NCBI GenBank assembly: GCA_037139555.1
Contig: JBAXGE010000001.1
Span: 1 to 53,966 of the forward strand
Origin: Phycisphaerae bacterium
GTDB taxonomy: Bacteria > Planctomycetota > Phycisphaerae > WQYP01
Length of the DNA stretch: 53,966 bases
Direction: 5' to 3'
How positions within the stretch are numbered: position 1 is the first letter of the stretch; each line of letters begins with the position of its first letter. The notes below the pieces were generated by a model. The model saw only the letters and a program-made list of their open reading frames with translations. It had not been told where the DNA came from and ran no database searches. A program made the translations under genes and the position numbers. This document shows positions 45,380 to 53,966 of the stretch, one piece after another.

Positions 45380-45406
45380 TGCATGTCTCCAGAAAACAGG
45401 CCCCAA

Positions 45407-48400
45407 TCAAACACCACCTACCGGCGGTACCGGACGTGTGGCCGGCGGGTTGGGACGCAGGGTCGAAATAAAGAATTTAAGCACGGTTTCAAAATGTTCC
45501 CGGTCCACAAAGCCATGCCCCCCTTGGGGGATTTCGATCAGCCGGACCGAGGCTTTACGGGTGGTAAGTTCCTGGGCTAACTTTTGGCTGTGGACGATAT
45601 TAACCACCGGATCACTCTGCCCGTGCATAATCAGAAACGGCGGAATCGGCCCCTGTCCAAGATAATTGAGCGGATTCACCGACTGCACTTGCTTGGGCAC
45701 GCGGCTGGGCAAGTCGCCCAGCAAGCGCGTCACCGAGGTTCCAGGCATGGCCATAAATTCGGGCCCAAAGAGCGCAAAGTCGGTTGGCCCAAACCAGTCG
45801 CACACTGCTTGCACGGCATCGGAAGCGCCGGCGTTGTCGGGCGTATCAAATTCCGGGGCCTTACGGGCCAAAGCCAACATGGTGGCCAGATGTCCGCCCG
45901 AAGACAAGCCCCAAACGCCAAAACGCTCGGGATCAAGCTGGTATTCATCGGCGTGCAGGCGCAGCCAGCGCACCGCGGATTTCACATCTTGAATCTGGGC
46001 GGGCCAGATGGACCGGCCGGAAAGCCGATATTGCACCGACGCCACGGCAAAGCCATTACGGACCAGAAAGGTGGTTTGCGGCTTGTCTTTGCTGCCCACT
46101 TCCCAACCACCGCCGTGAATCCATAATACCAAGGGCAGTTTCCCGGTAAATTTGACCGGGCGATATAGATCAAGGGTTACGGGTTTACCATCGGGCTGGG
46201 CATATTGAAGTTCCGCTTTTTTCTCAATCCCCAGCGCACGCTCACCCACAAATATCTCCGCCATCGGGTGATTGCGACCCAGCAGTGAAGGTGGTGTGGT
46301 CGCATCAAACGCGGGCAAAGTCGCAGGCGGTATCGTGGGCTGACTACTTGCGGGTGCCGTTGCGGGCAAGGTCGCGGCCACCAGAGAGCCAGACTTCCAG
46401 TTCAAAACGGTTTGGGCGAGTATGTTCAGAGTCTCGGGCTTGGCGAGAGTAGTGAGTTTGGCCTGATACAAAACGTATTTGACCGGGTTCGTATTCGGTG
46501 GCGCACCCCTCGGCCGGTCCACTGGCCGCGCGCCGCGCGGGCCCACGATCGGAGGACGATTCATGCGATTCGTGGTGGCCCGCTGGGGTGGCGGGGCGCC
46601 GGCAATCGGGCTCCACTTGGCCATTTCATTCCAAGTCCATTGCCGGGTATCCCGTGGTAATGCCCCTTTGGCATCATCGCGTAACACAATCCATACGTCC
46701 TGACCGCGCTGCAGATGCAAGGCGACCAAGCCATTGAATGCAGATTCAATTTCCATGCGCGGTCGGGCCTGCCAGGTATCGTTGTCCACTTGACGCCCCA
46801 AGAGATTCGTATACAACTCCGCCCGCGCGAATTGCAGCGGGTTGGGTTCTTCATTTCCATCTCTATCGGGATCACGCCGGTTGAAGATATCGTAGTACGA
46901 CTCAAACGCACGCGGTGTGAACAGATTGGTTGAATACAGCCGATAATGCGCCACCGCATCGAGCATATTGCAGAATTGGTCGTCGGCAAACAGCACCGCA
47001 CCGGCGGGCACTTGGGCGGTAATATTCCCCAGATTCGACCGCAGTGCGGCACTACGATATTCCTGTTGCACCATTTGGGAAATACCCAGATCAGCATTGA
47101 TCAATAGCGCCACGGCGGTGACCAACCCCATTGCCAACGGACGCCCCAATTTGCCCAGTAAATTCCGCCGCCACCAGCCCGATATTCCACCGGCCTGTGA
47201 GCTTGACGGCAGTCGGTGCAGCGCCTGCTCCATCAGCCACAATCCACAGAGAATCAACCCCGGCAACAGCGTGACAAAAAACCGCAGATACCCAAACGAG
47301 GTTTCCCCTGATGGCGCCCAGTAGTAGGTCATATAGAGTGCGGCCGAGGGCACAATCCACAAAAAGATCGCACAGGCCATCCGGAACGAATACGCCAACA
47401 ACCCCAGCATGCCCACCACGCCAAGCGGCCACAGGAAAAACAGTCCCGTACGATTCATGGCTTGGATAAAGGTTTCCCAGTTACCAATTTTCAGATCGTC
47501 GGGATCGCTGCTGCCAATAAAATATTTCCAGCCAAAGCCAGTGTCTTCGTTGCAGTAGGTATAGCCGGTAGTCCACGGTTTGCCGAAATGAATCCAGCAA
47601 ATAACGGCCAACACCGTCACCGGCAACGCCCAAGCCAACAGCACCAGCCCCCCCGACATCCAACGCCAGGCTTGCTTGCGTAATTGCCCAATGACCACCA
47701 TCACCACAGGCAGAATTAACAGGAATTCGGTATAGCGGATGGTACAGGCATACCCGATGGCAAACGCTCCCAGCAATCCCCGCCATAGACTGCCGGTACG
47801 CCACCAACTCAGCAGGCCCCAAAAACCCAAGACCACACAAAACAAAGATGACGCGTGCGAATTGGGATTATTAGCCCAGTACAACACCACCGGATTAAGC
47901 ATCAACCAGACCACCCCCAGCAGGGCGGCAAAATCACTGACCAACTGGCGGAACAAAAAGAAACTCAACCCCGCGGCCAAGATCGTACCAAGCGGATTGA
48001 TCCAATACATGCCCTCGGGACCGGCCAGCCAACGCCCTACTGCCGCCAGCAAGGGAAAACCAACCGGGTACTTGGCATAGACCTCCCCTACTTTGAGGGT
48101 GCCATCACTCTGGGTCTGCCAATCTTTGACGATACACATGCGCCCCGCGAACTGCCAGGGATTTTCCGGCTGGTTATAGATCCGATGTTGCTCGCTGATC
48201 AGCCGGGCAGTAACGAGATAACCGTTCTGATCCACCCCGGAATGGGCTGGTACCCAATAGGAAAATATCAAGGTGGTATATAACGCCAGCAACAAAGCCA
48301 ATACCGGCAGGTAGGCCCAGCGGGGCCAGCGTTGGTGGGAACTGGCTGGCCAATCCACCCCGTCCAGCAGAGAAGACGCCACGGAGGGAGAATCTGTAAT

Positions 48401-48412
48401 AACCTGCGCCAT
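45407..48412 (-). CDS. Fusion protein: polytopic GT-C-like (ArnT/PMT, GT39-like) membrane domain, a soluble middle region, and a C-terminal alpha/beta-hydrolase (esterase)
   Basis: 1001 aa from ATG 48412, or 1019 aa from ATG 48466. There are more than 10 hydrophobic helices in the first ~450 aa, and a VDQNGY first-loop motif. A Pro-rich linker follows. The C-terminus has LWIHGGGWEVGS (oxyanion HGGG), VWGLSSGGHLA (GxSxG nucleophile), HGQSDPVV (Asp) and GGHGF (His). Confidence 0.65.
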   Translation of the reverse strand: MAQVITDSPSVASSLLDGVDWPASSHQRWPRWAYLPVLALLLALYTTLIFSYWVPAHSGVDQNGYLVTARLISEQHRIYNQPENPWQFAGRMCIVKDWQTQSDGTLKVGEVYAKYPVGFPLLAAVGRWLAGPEGMYWINPLGTILAAGLSFFLFRQLVSDFAALLGVVWLMLNPVVLYWANNPNSHASSLFCVVLGFWGLLSWWRTGSLWRGLLGAFAIGYACTIRYTEFLLILPVVMVVIGQLRKQAWRWMSGGLVLLAWALPVTVLAVICWIHFGKPWTTGYTYCNEDTGFGWKYFIGSSDPDDLKIGNWETFIQAMNRTGLFFLWPLGVVGMLGLLAYSFRMACAIFLWIVPSAALYMTYYWAPSGETSFGYLRFFVTLLPGLILCGLWLMEQALHRLPSSSQAGGISGWWRRNLLGKLGRPLAMGLVTAVALLINADLGISQMVQQEYRSAALRSNLGNITAQVPAGAVLFADDQFCNMLDAVAHYRLYSTNLFTPRAFESYYDIFNRRDPDRDGNEEPNPLQFARAELYTNLLGRQVDNDTWQARPRMEIESAFNGLVALHLQRGQDVWIVLRDDAKGALPRDTRQWTWNEMAKWSPIAGAPPPQRATTNRMNRPPIVGPRGARPVDRPRGAPPNTNPVKYVLYQAKLTTLAKPETLNILAQTVLNWKSGSLVAATLPATAPASSQPTIPPATLPAFDATTPPSLLGRNHPMAEIFVGERALGIEKKAELQYAQPDGKPVTLDLYRPVKFTGKLPLVLWIHGGGWEVGSKDKPQTTFLVRNGFAVASVQYRLSGRSIWPAQIQDVKSAVRWLRLHADEYQLDPERFGVWGLSSGGHLATMLALARKAPEFDTPDNAGASDAVQAVCDWFGPTDFALFGPEFMAMPGTSVTRLLGDLPSRVPKQVQSVNPLNYLGQGPIPPFLIMHGQSDPVVNIVHSQKLAQELTTRKASVRLIEIPQGGHGFVDREHFETVLKFFISTLRPNPPATRPVPPVGGV

Positions 48413-48499
48413 AGACGATACCTTATGCCATAAGCAAGGATCGGCGGGATGATCCGCCGCCCTCATGCGTATCAGACTAACGCACTTCCGGGCCAGTTA

Positions 48500-49468
48500 C
48501 TACACGAGCGAAGGATTTGCTTTGACCGCACTCTTGCTGAACCCGCGAATCCGAACCTGTTGGCCATCCTGCCACGGCTCGACGTGGGCCGTGGCGGTAC
48601 AATCGCCCAGTAACTGCTCGATTTCCACTTCCAAGAGCGAAGTTAAATGATGGCCTTCCATAATCGTCATGTCGGCCGGCAATTGCACATGAAAATCTAC
48701 CCAATGATACCGCCCCACGTGCCGATGTTTGACCTTGTGGAAACTGGAAATATGCGGGCTGGAGCCCTGTTCGCCCATATGCGACTGCAACAGATGAATG
48801 ATGGCTTGATTATCCGCGTCATCCTGTTCGTCCATCAGGCCACGCTGGGCGCGTCCCACCAGACGCAGGCCCATCCAGGCCACATACAGTGCGACCACCG
48901 CCGCGACCACTGGGTCAATCCAGTAGAGGTGCCAAATCCGCACCACCAACAAGGCACCCAAAGCCGCTATCGAGGTAATCACATCGGTCAACAAATGCCA
49001 GCCATCGGCCTCCAGCGTCAGGGCCCCGCGTTTCTTGCCGATGCGGACCAGCATCCCGCCCACAGCAAAATTTACCAGCATCGCAAACACCATCAGCCCC
49101 ACCGCCCAATCCATACCAGCAGCCACTTCACTGCCATGATTCCAGATGTTCCAGAAGGAATTCCCGGCCTTGATAATCATGGCCACGGCAGCGATGACAA
49201 TCATGCCACCCTCGAACGCCGCAGACAAAAATTCCGCCTTGCCGTGCCCATACGGGTGGTCTTGATCCGGGGGCTGATGGGCCAGCATGACTGCGTAGAG
49301 GGCAAAAGCCGAGGCCAGAACGTTTACGATGGATTCGACGGCATCGGCAAAAATAGCTGCCGAGTCGGTTAGGAAGTAGGCGGTAAACTTGATTACCAGC
49401 AGGATGCAACCCACCGACAACGACAACAGCATGGCCAAGGCTTCGATTTTGGGTACATTTCGGAACAC
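48500..49468 (-). CDS. Cation diffusion facilitator (CDF) family divalent-metal efflux transporter
   Basis: 322 aa, GTG start with GAGG 7 nt upstream. TM2 motif DSAAIFADAVESIVNV, TM5 motif WHLLTDVITSI, and a C-terminal cytoplasmic domain. Confidence 0.85.
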   Translation of the reverse strand: MFRNVPKIEALAMLLSLSVGCILLVIKFTAYFLTDSAAIFADAVESIVNVLASAFALYAVMLAHQPPDQDHPYGHGKAEFLSAAFEGGMIVIAAVAMIIKAGNSFWNIWNHGSEVAAGMDWAVGLMVFAMLVNFAVGGMLVRIGKKRGALTLEADGWHLLTDVITSIAALGALLVVRIWHLYWIDPVVAAVVALYVAWMGLRLVGRAQRGLMDEQDDADNQAIIHLLQSHMGEQGSSPHISSFHKVKHRHVGRYHWVDFHVQLPADMTIMEGHHLTSLLEVEIEQLLGDCTATAHVEPWQDGQQVRIRGFSKSAVKANPSLV

Positions 49469-49668
49469 GTGGTTACCTCAACAGGTTAAATTACTCCGTC
49501 TACAGAATAGCGAATATGCCCCACAAATGCAATCTAAGACGTTATTATTAATAGACTTATAGCATAATCCAAAGCGCTGGTTTTAACTGGTATGATGAGC
49601 CATTTCGAGTGCCCAAACTGGCCCCACGGAGGTTGGCCCTTGGCCACACATTATGGATAGTTGACCAC

Positions 49669-50187
49669 TTAAGCCGAGGTCCGGTCTATCACAGGATATT
49701 GTTCGCGTTCCCCCTGACCGGTGACGGGATAGTCTTTGCGGAGCGCGTGGGCTTTGAAGCCTTCCCAGGTCAGAATGCGGCGTAAGTCGGGGTGGCCGGT
49801 GAATTGGATGCCGAACATATCGTAGACTTCGCGTTCCAGCCATTCCGCACCGGCATACTGGGGGACCAGCGAAGCGACTTCCAGATTGGCCTCATCCACA
49901 AACACCCGCAGTATCAAACGCGGAGCCACACCAGAAGTCGAGGCCAACACATAGACTACGCCAAAACGGCCGGGCATTTTGCTGACATGCTGCAGATAAT
50001 CCACGCAAGTGACATCTACCAGATGGTCATAGGCCAGAGTGGGTTCACTGCGCAGGTAGGCGACAACCTCGGCCAGTGCCGACGTAGGTACGATAATCTG
50101 AACATCACCCTTGAACTCATTGCCCTTGAAGGCAAGCGCGGGAAAACGTTCTTTAAGTTTACTGGCCGCCGGGTGTTGAATCGCCAT
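49669..50187 (-). CDS. nuoC: NADH-quinone oxidoreductase subunit C (30-kDa subunit)
   Basis: 172 aa. LVDVTCVDY, AGAEWLEREVYDMFGIQFTGHPDLRRILT, LRKDYP. Confidence 0.85.
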   Translation of the reverse strand: MAIQHPAASKLKERFPALAFKGNEFKGDVQIIVPTSALAEVVAYLRSEPTLAYDHLVDVTCVDYLQHVSKMPGRFGVVYVLASTSGVAPRLILRVFVDEANLEVASLVPQYAGAEWLEREVYDMFGIQFTGHPDLRRILTWEGFKAHALRKDYPVTGQGEREQYPVIDRTSA

Positions 50188-50293
50188 GCATACCTCGTAT
50201 TATTAATTCCCAGATTATAGAGTTGTTCCCGGCAGATGGCCAGCGGAGCGAAAAGATGGCCGGGAATCGCCCGGCAGACGGAATCAGGGTAAT

Positions 50294-50986
50294 ATGATGG
50301 CTATGAAACGCGCGGTAATTTTACTTTCGGGTGGTGTGGACTCGGCCACGTGCCTGGCCTTGGCGAAAGCCAACGGGTACGCCTGTTATGCCCTGGCTTT
50401 TGATTATTCCCAGCGCCACCGGTTTGAGTTAACCGCCGCCGCCCGGCTGGCCAAAGCCATGCACGCCACCGAATTCCGCATCGCCCCGATTGACCTGCGG
50501 ATGTTCGGGGGTTCGGCTCTGACGTCTGATATCCCCGTCCCCAAAGACCGTCCTCAAGCGGAATTGACCACCGGCATCCCCATCACCTACGTACCCGCAC
50601 GCAATACGGTATTTTTGAGCTTTGCGCTGGCGTGGGCCGAGGTAATCGGCAGTTACGATATTTTTATCGGGGTCAACAGTATTGATTACTCGGGTTATCC
50701 CGATTGTCGGCCGGAGTATATCGCGGCGTTCACGCAACTCGCCAATCTGGCCACCCGTGCGGGAGTTGAGGGCAAAGCCCAGTTCCAGATTCATACCCCC
50801 CTGCTGCACCTGACCAAAGCCGAGATTATTCAGACCGGTACCCGCTTGGGCGTGGATTACAGCCTGACGCATAGTTGCTATGATCCCGCGCCCGATGGCC
50901 GGGCTTGCGGACACTGTGACAGTTGTATGTTGCGGTTGGCGGGATTTGCGGCAGCCGGCTTGCGCGATCCGGGGGCGTATCAGTAA
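50294..50986 (+). CDS. queC: 7-cyano-7-deazaguanine synthase
   Basis: 230 aa; the start could also be ATG 50303. PP-loop [20 protein letters not shown], and C-terminal zinc cysteines CYDP...[10 protein letters not shown]. Confidence 0.9.
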   Translation: MMAMKRAVILLSGGVDSATCLALAKANGYACYALAFDYSQRHRFELTAAARLAKAMHATEFRIAPIDLRMFGGSALTSDIPVPKDRPQAELTTGIPITYVPARNTVFLSFALAWAEVIGSYDIFIGVNSIDYSGYPDCRPEYIAAFTQLANLATRAGVEGKAQFQIHTPLLHLTKAEIIQTGTRLGVDYSLTHSCYDPAPDGRACGHCDSCMLRLAGFAAAGLRDPGAYQ

Positions 50987-50992
50987 GCCGTA

Positions 50993-53515
50993 TTATTCGT
51001 GCTCAAGCGTGCCCAGAGTGACCCCAAAGCCCGAAACCACTTGCAGGCTATGCACCACTTGGCTGGTCGGGCGTTGTCCTAGTAAAGCTGAATGATATTC
51101 ATCCAACAGACACCCGATCTGGGGGCCGGATTCACGTAATAGTTCGATCCGGAAATGGCGCAATCCCCAGGACTGTAAACGCGGTAGGAATTCAATCGCG
51201 GACTGGGCTTGAGCATTAAAGAGGGTGTTACGGCAACCGGTATCGGGGAGCAAGGGGTGGGCCTGGCCGGTGCGGTCGCGCAGTTCGACTTTGTGCGTAT
51301 CGCAGGGCCGGCCACAATCGCGGTAATCCTTGCCTTCCGACATAGTATGGGCGAAGACGCAATGTTCCATGTGGAACATGGGCATGTGCTGGTGGATGAC
51401 CAATTCGAAGGCCCCGGGCCAGATATTTTTCAGCAATGCCTGTAACTGCCGCAGATTCAGATCGTGGCTGGGCACCAAGCGTTGCAGACCTGCCTGATAA
51501 AATTCATACGCGGTCAGTTCGTTTGATACGTTCAGGCTGTAATCGCCCTGCAGCGGTAGGTCGGGGAATTCGTGCTGGAACAGGTCGAGACCCGCCAGAT
51601 TACGGACCATGACAAAATCGGGTGCAGCCTGACCAATCACACGGAGCAAGCCGTCTTCGCCGGGTTTGATGATGCGCAAAGTGGCCAAGCCAATCGGCAA
51701 ACCAGCGGTACGGGCCAGCGTCACCGCAGCCTTATAATTACGCACATCTTCAAAATCGCAGGTCACGCTGGCCACGCCCTGATGCGTAAGGTTCCAGTCA
51801 ATGACCCCCTGGAGTTGGGCCGGGGTGCGAACCATGACGTGCAACTGGGTCTGTGCGGGTAATTCCCGCAGGGGTGTGTATTGGGCGCTCTCGGTGATGC
51901 GGGTTCGCAGTACCAACAAGGCATCGGGGCACGCTACGGGGATATGCTTGGTTCGCAGATAGGCTTCATGCAGACCGGCCGCAGCCTGCCGACGCAGGTC
52001 ATTAAGCAGGCTCTTGGGCACCATGGGCCCGCCTGTCGTTTGTAACGACACATCGGCCAAAGTGAAGGGCGTATCACCCAAACGAGCCAACTGCTCACGC
52101 ACAGTTTCCAGCGTAACGGGATGTTTATTGGCCAGCACCAGTGGCGCTGGCGCCGTGGCGGTCGCGGATAGTTCGCGCAGGTGCAGGGATACTTGCAGGG
52201 GTTGCCCCACATGAGCCTGCACTGTGGCTGTTACCGGGATGGGCCGCACGATGGTATCGCGGGCATAGGTTTGTTCCAGACGACGTTTCAAGGCCGGATC
52301 ATCGGTTTTCCAGACAATCGCGCCAATGGCAACGGCAGCCAATTGCAGATCATTACGGCCCAGCCGTAATTCGACCATACCCGAGCGTTGCGGGAAGACT
52401 TCAAAGACCCGTCCCCCCTGCTCATCCTGATCGGGATGGCCTTCATCGAGCACGATACCGTCGCCGGGTTTGATACTCCCCAGCAAATGCGGGTCATCGA
52501 GCCGAATCTGTAAGCCTTCTTCCGTCTTGTTCACCACCACGCCCAAGCGTTGGCCGCGGGCTTTGGGGAAGCGACCTTGGACCAGTTGTTGGTGATTCAC
52601 CCCGGTGAGAAATCCTGGGGCGAAACCGCGGGAAAAGGACAGGGTTAATTCTTCCAGTGCGGCCTGTGGAATCTGGAATGGTTGCTGCTGTTGGGCGGCA
52701 TCAAGGGCGCTGCGATAGGTGCGGGTGGTGGCCGCAACATAATGGGAAGATTTGAGACGACCTTCGATTTTAAGGCTTTGCACCCCGAGTTTGACCAGAT
52801 CGGCGACCTGATCATAACCGGCCAAATCCTGCGGACTGACCAGATAGGCCACATCTCCCAAATCACGCATCTGCCCATCAACAATCAAGTCATAGGGTAA
52901 ACGGCAGGCTTGGGCACATTGGCCGCGGTTGGCCGAGCGACCACCGATGGATTCACTGGTCAGACACTGGCCGGAATAGGCCACGCACAAGGCGCCATGG
53001 ATAAAGACTTCCACAGGAAGCGTGGAGGCTTCGCGAATTTTACGGATGTCGGTAATCGCCAGTTCACGGGCCAGAACTGCCCGACAGACGCCCCAACGCT
53101 GCGCCAGATTCAGGCCGCGCGACTCGGTCAGTGTCATCTGCGTGGAACCATGAATGGCCAGTTGCGGCGCCATGGTACGTAGCAACCGTACCAGCCCCCA
53201 ATCCTGCACAATCACAGCATCCACACCCGCCTCGACGAGAGCCCGGGCATAGGCGGCTGCGGAAGGTAGTTCTTCGGAAAATATCAGCGTATTGAACGTG
53301 ACATAACCACGGACATTATGGTCATGAATATAGCGCATGACCTCGGGCAGTTCGGTGGTGGTGAAATTCTCCGCGCGGTGTCGGGCATTGAAGTTATCCA
53401 GACCGAAGTAGACCGCATCAGCCCCATTGGTCACCGCGGCCTGCAGGGCCGCCCAATCGCCGGCCGGGGCCATCAACTCGGTTACCACAACGGAAGTTGG
53501 CGGGCTATTAGACAT
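50993..53515 (-). CDS. Large U32-family protein (peptidase U32 / RlhA-TrhP-UbiU-like)
   Basis: 840 aa. N-terminus ELMAPAGDWAALQAAVTNGADAVYFGLDNFNARH, and the U32 signature EVFIHGALCVAYSGQCLTS. A second U32-like half sits at the C-terminus (MEHCVFAH...CGRPC). Confidence 0.8.
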   Translation of the reverse strand: MSNSPPTSVVVTELMAPAGDWAALQAAVTNGADAVYFGLDNFNARHRAENFTTTELPEVMRYIHDHNVRGYVTFNTLIFSEELPSAAAYARALVEAGVDAVIVQDWGLVRLLRTMAPQLAIHGSTQMTLTESRGLNLAQRWGVCRAVLARELAITDIRKIREASTLPVEVFIHGALCVAYSGQCLTSESIGGRSANRGQCAQACRLPYDLIVDGQMRDLGDVAYLVSPQDLAGYDQVADLVKLGVQSLKIEGRLKSSHYVAATTRTYRSALDAAQQQQPFQIPQAALEELTLSFSRGFAPGFLTGVNHQQLVQGRFPKARGQRLGVVVNKTEEGLQIRLDDPHLLGSIKPGDGIVLDEGHPDQDEQGGRVFEVFPQRSGMVELRLGRNDLQLAAVAIGAIVWKTDDPALKRRLEQTYARDTIVRPIPVTATVQAHVGQPLQVSLHLRELSATATAPAPLVLANKHPVTLETVREQLARLGDTPFTLADVSLQTTGGPMVPKSLLNDLRRQAAAGLHEAYLRTKHIPVACPDALLVLRTRITESAQYTPLRELPAQTQLHVMVRTPAQLQGVIDWNLTHQGVASVTCDFEDVRNYKAAVTLARTAGLPIGLATLRIIKPGEDGLLRVIGQAAPDFVMVRNLAGLDLFQHEFPDLPLQGDYSLNVSNELTAYEFYQAGLQRLVPSHDLNLRQLQALLKNIWPGAFELVIHQHMPMFHMEHCVFAHTMSEGKDYRDCGRPCDTHKVELRDRTGQAHPLLPDTGCRNTLFNAQAQSAIEFLPRLQSWGLRHFRIELLRESGPQIGCLLDEYHSALLGQRPTSQVVHSLQVVSGFGVTLGTLEHE

Positions 53516-53966
53516 GAATATTAATCATGCTGCCACGGGCGTCAAAGGGTTCGATCACCACCTCGTCACCGGCCAGCTTGATATCAGCATGCACATGAAT
53601 TTGCTTGCTGAAGCGGTCTTCCAGCGCGATGATACTCCGCCGTTGGACGTTGAGCAGATGCGTGGCCACGGTGGGGAACACCCGCACATCCATACGCTGA
53701 ATATCCGTGCGGGTACAGCCCGCCGTCAACCGCCGCATCACATCGAGCGTCACACTCTCGGGCGTCTTGATCAGACCGGTACCCCGGCAATGCGGGCAGT
53801 CGGAGAAGATGCTGCGTTTCAGACTCGGACGCACGCGCTGACGGGTCATTTCGATCATGCAGAACTGGCTCATCTTGAGCACTTTGGTCTTGGCCCGTTC
53901 GCTGCTGAGTTCCTGCCGGAGCAATTGTTCGATACTGTTGCGGTGGCGTTCATCGCGCATGTCAAT
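53508..53966 (-). CDS. Ribonuclease E/G family protein; C-terminal part only, the gene continues beyond the right edge
   Basis: ...KVLKMSQFCMIEMTRQRVRPSLKRS...CPHCRGTGLIKTPESV... matches the conserved Zn-link and small domain of Rne/Rng. The reading frame stays open to the window end. Its stop overlaps the U32 start (ATGTCTAA). Confidence 0.8.
   Translation of the reverse strand: MDMRDERHRNSIEQLLRQELSSERAKTKVLKMSQFCMIEMTRQRVRPSLKRSIFSDCPHCRGTGLIKTPESVTLDVMRRLTAGCTRTDIQRMDVRVFPTVATHLLNVQRRSIIALEDRFSKQIHVHADIKLAGDEVVIEPFDARGSMINIHV

Noticed and set aside
50188-50293. A preQ1 riboswitch upstream of queC.
   Set aside because: I looked for the preQ1-I signature (a short hairpin followed by an A-rich tail ending ...AAAAAACUA) and for preQ1-II features. 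Neither is present. Only a generic hairpin and direct repeats remain, and these are reported separately at low interest.
1-53966. A search for CRISPR arrays, tRNA/rRNA genes, IS elements, integrases, phage genes, toxin-antitoxin pairs and known defence-system components.
   Set aside because: No regularly spaced repeats, and no non-coding gap longer than about 330 nt; the longest gap is the riboswitch. I recognised no transposase, integrase, nuclease-helicase or other defence-type motifs in any frame. The window looks like core chromosome rather than an accessory island.

Overview
This 54-kb window is dense chromosomal sequence with about 45 protein genes, mostly on the minus strand. I saw no rRNA, tRNA, CRISPR array, transposase or integrase. 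All product names come from motifs I recognise in the translations; no database search was run.

Gene content suggests a Planctomycetota-like genome, though this is inference only. The signs are a futalosine-pathway radical-SAM enzyme, many large secreted or TPR proteins with Pro/Thr-rich 'ATRPA' linkers, a membrane-anchored solute-binding protein, and scattered housekeeping genes such as a lone nuoC and fmt without def.

The ORF track uses the most upstream ATG/GTG/TTG, so I re-picked several starts using Shine-Dalgarno context and family N-termini.

The best-supported and most interesting locus is at about 2987-7968 on the minus strand. A near-consensus promoter leads into a clear SAM-I (S-box) riboswitch with an intrinsic terminator. 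Six tightly packed genes follow:
- a threonine-synthase-like PLP enzyme
- a CysO/ThiS/MoaD-type carrier ending in GG
- a stand-alone NIL domain
- a ThiF/MoeB-type E1
- a DinB-fold protein
- a class-V cysteine desulfurase

I read this as a SAM-repressed, protein-thiocarboxylate-dependent homocysteine/methionine route. Its core resembles the Streptomyces MetM/MetO and mycobacterial CysO/CysM logic. It carries uncharacterised accessory genes (NIL, DinB) and no JAMM protease in the window.

Other items worth a second look:
- a signal-peptide-bearing metallothionein-like mini-protein (13 Cys in 46 mature residues) next to a second secreted Cys/His-rich protein
- a two-gene HEAT/TPR plus EF-hand membrane protein operon
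- a polytopic GT-C-like membrane domain fused to an alpha/beta-hydrolase, heading an operon of secreted glycan-active-looking proteins
- an Opp/Dpp-type transporter with two OppC-type permeases
- an RNase E/G gene translationally coupled to a large U32 protein

The rest is ordinary housekeeping: nfnAB-like, aroA, csp, argJ, ruvC, ispF, fmt, queC, nuoC, a CDF transporter and peptidases.
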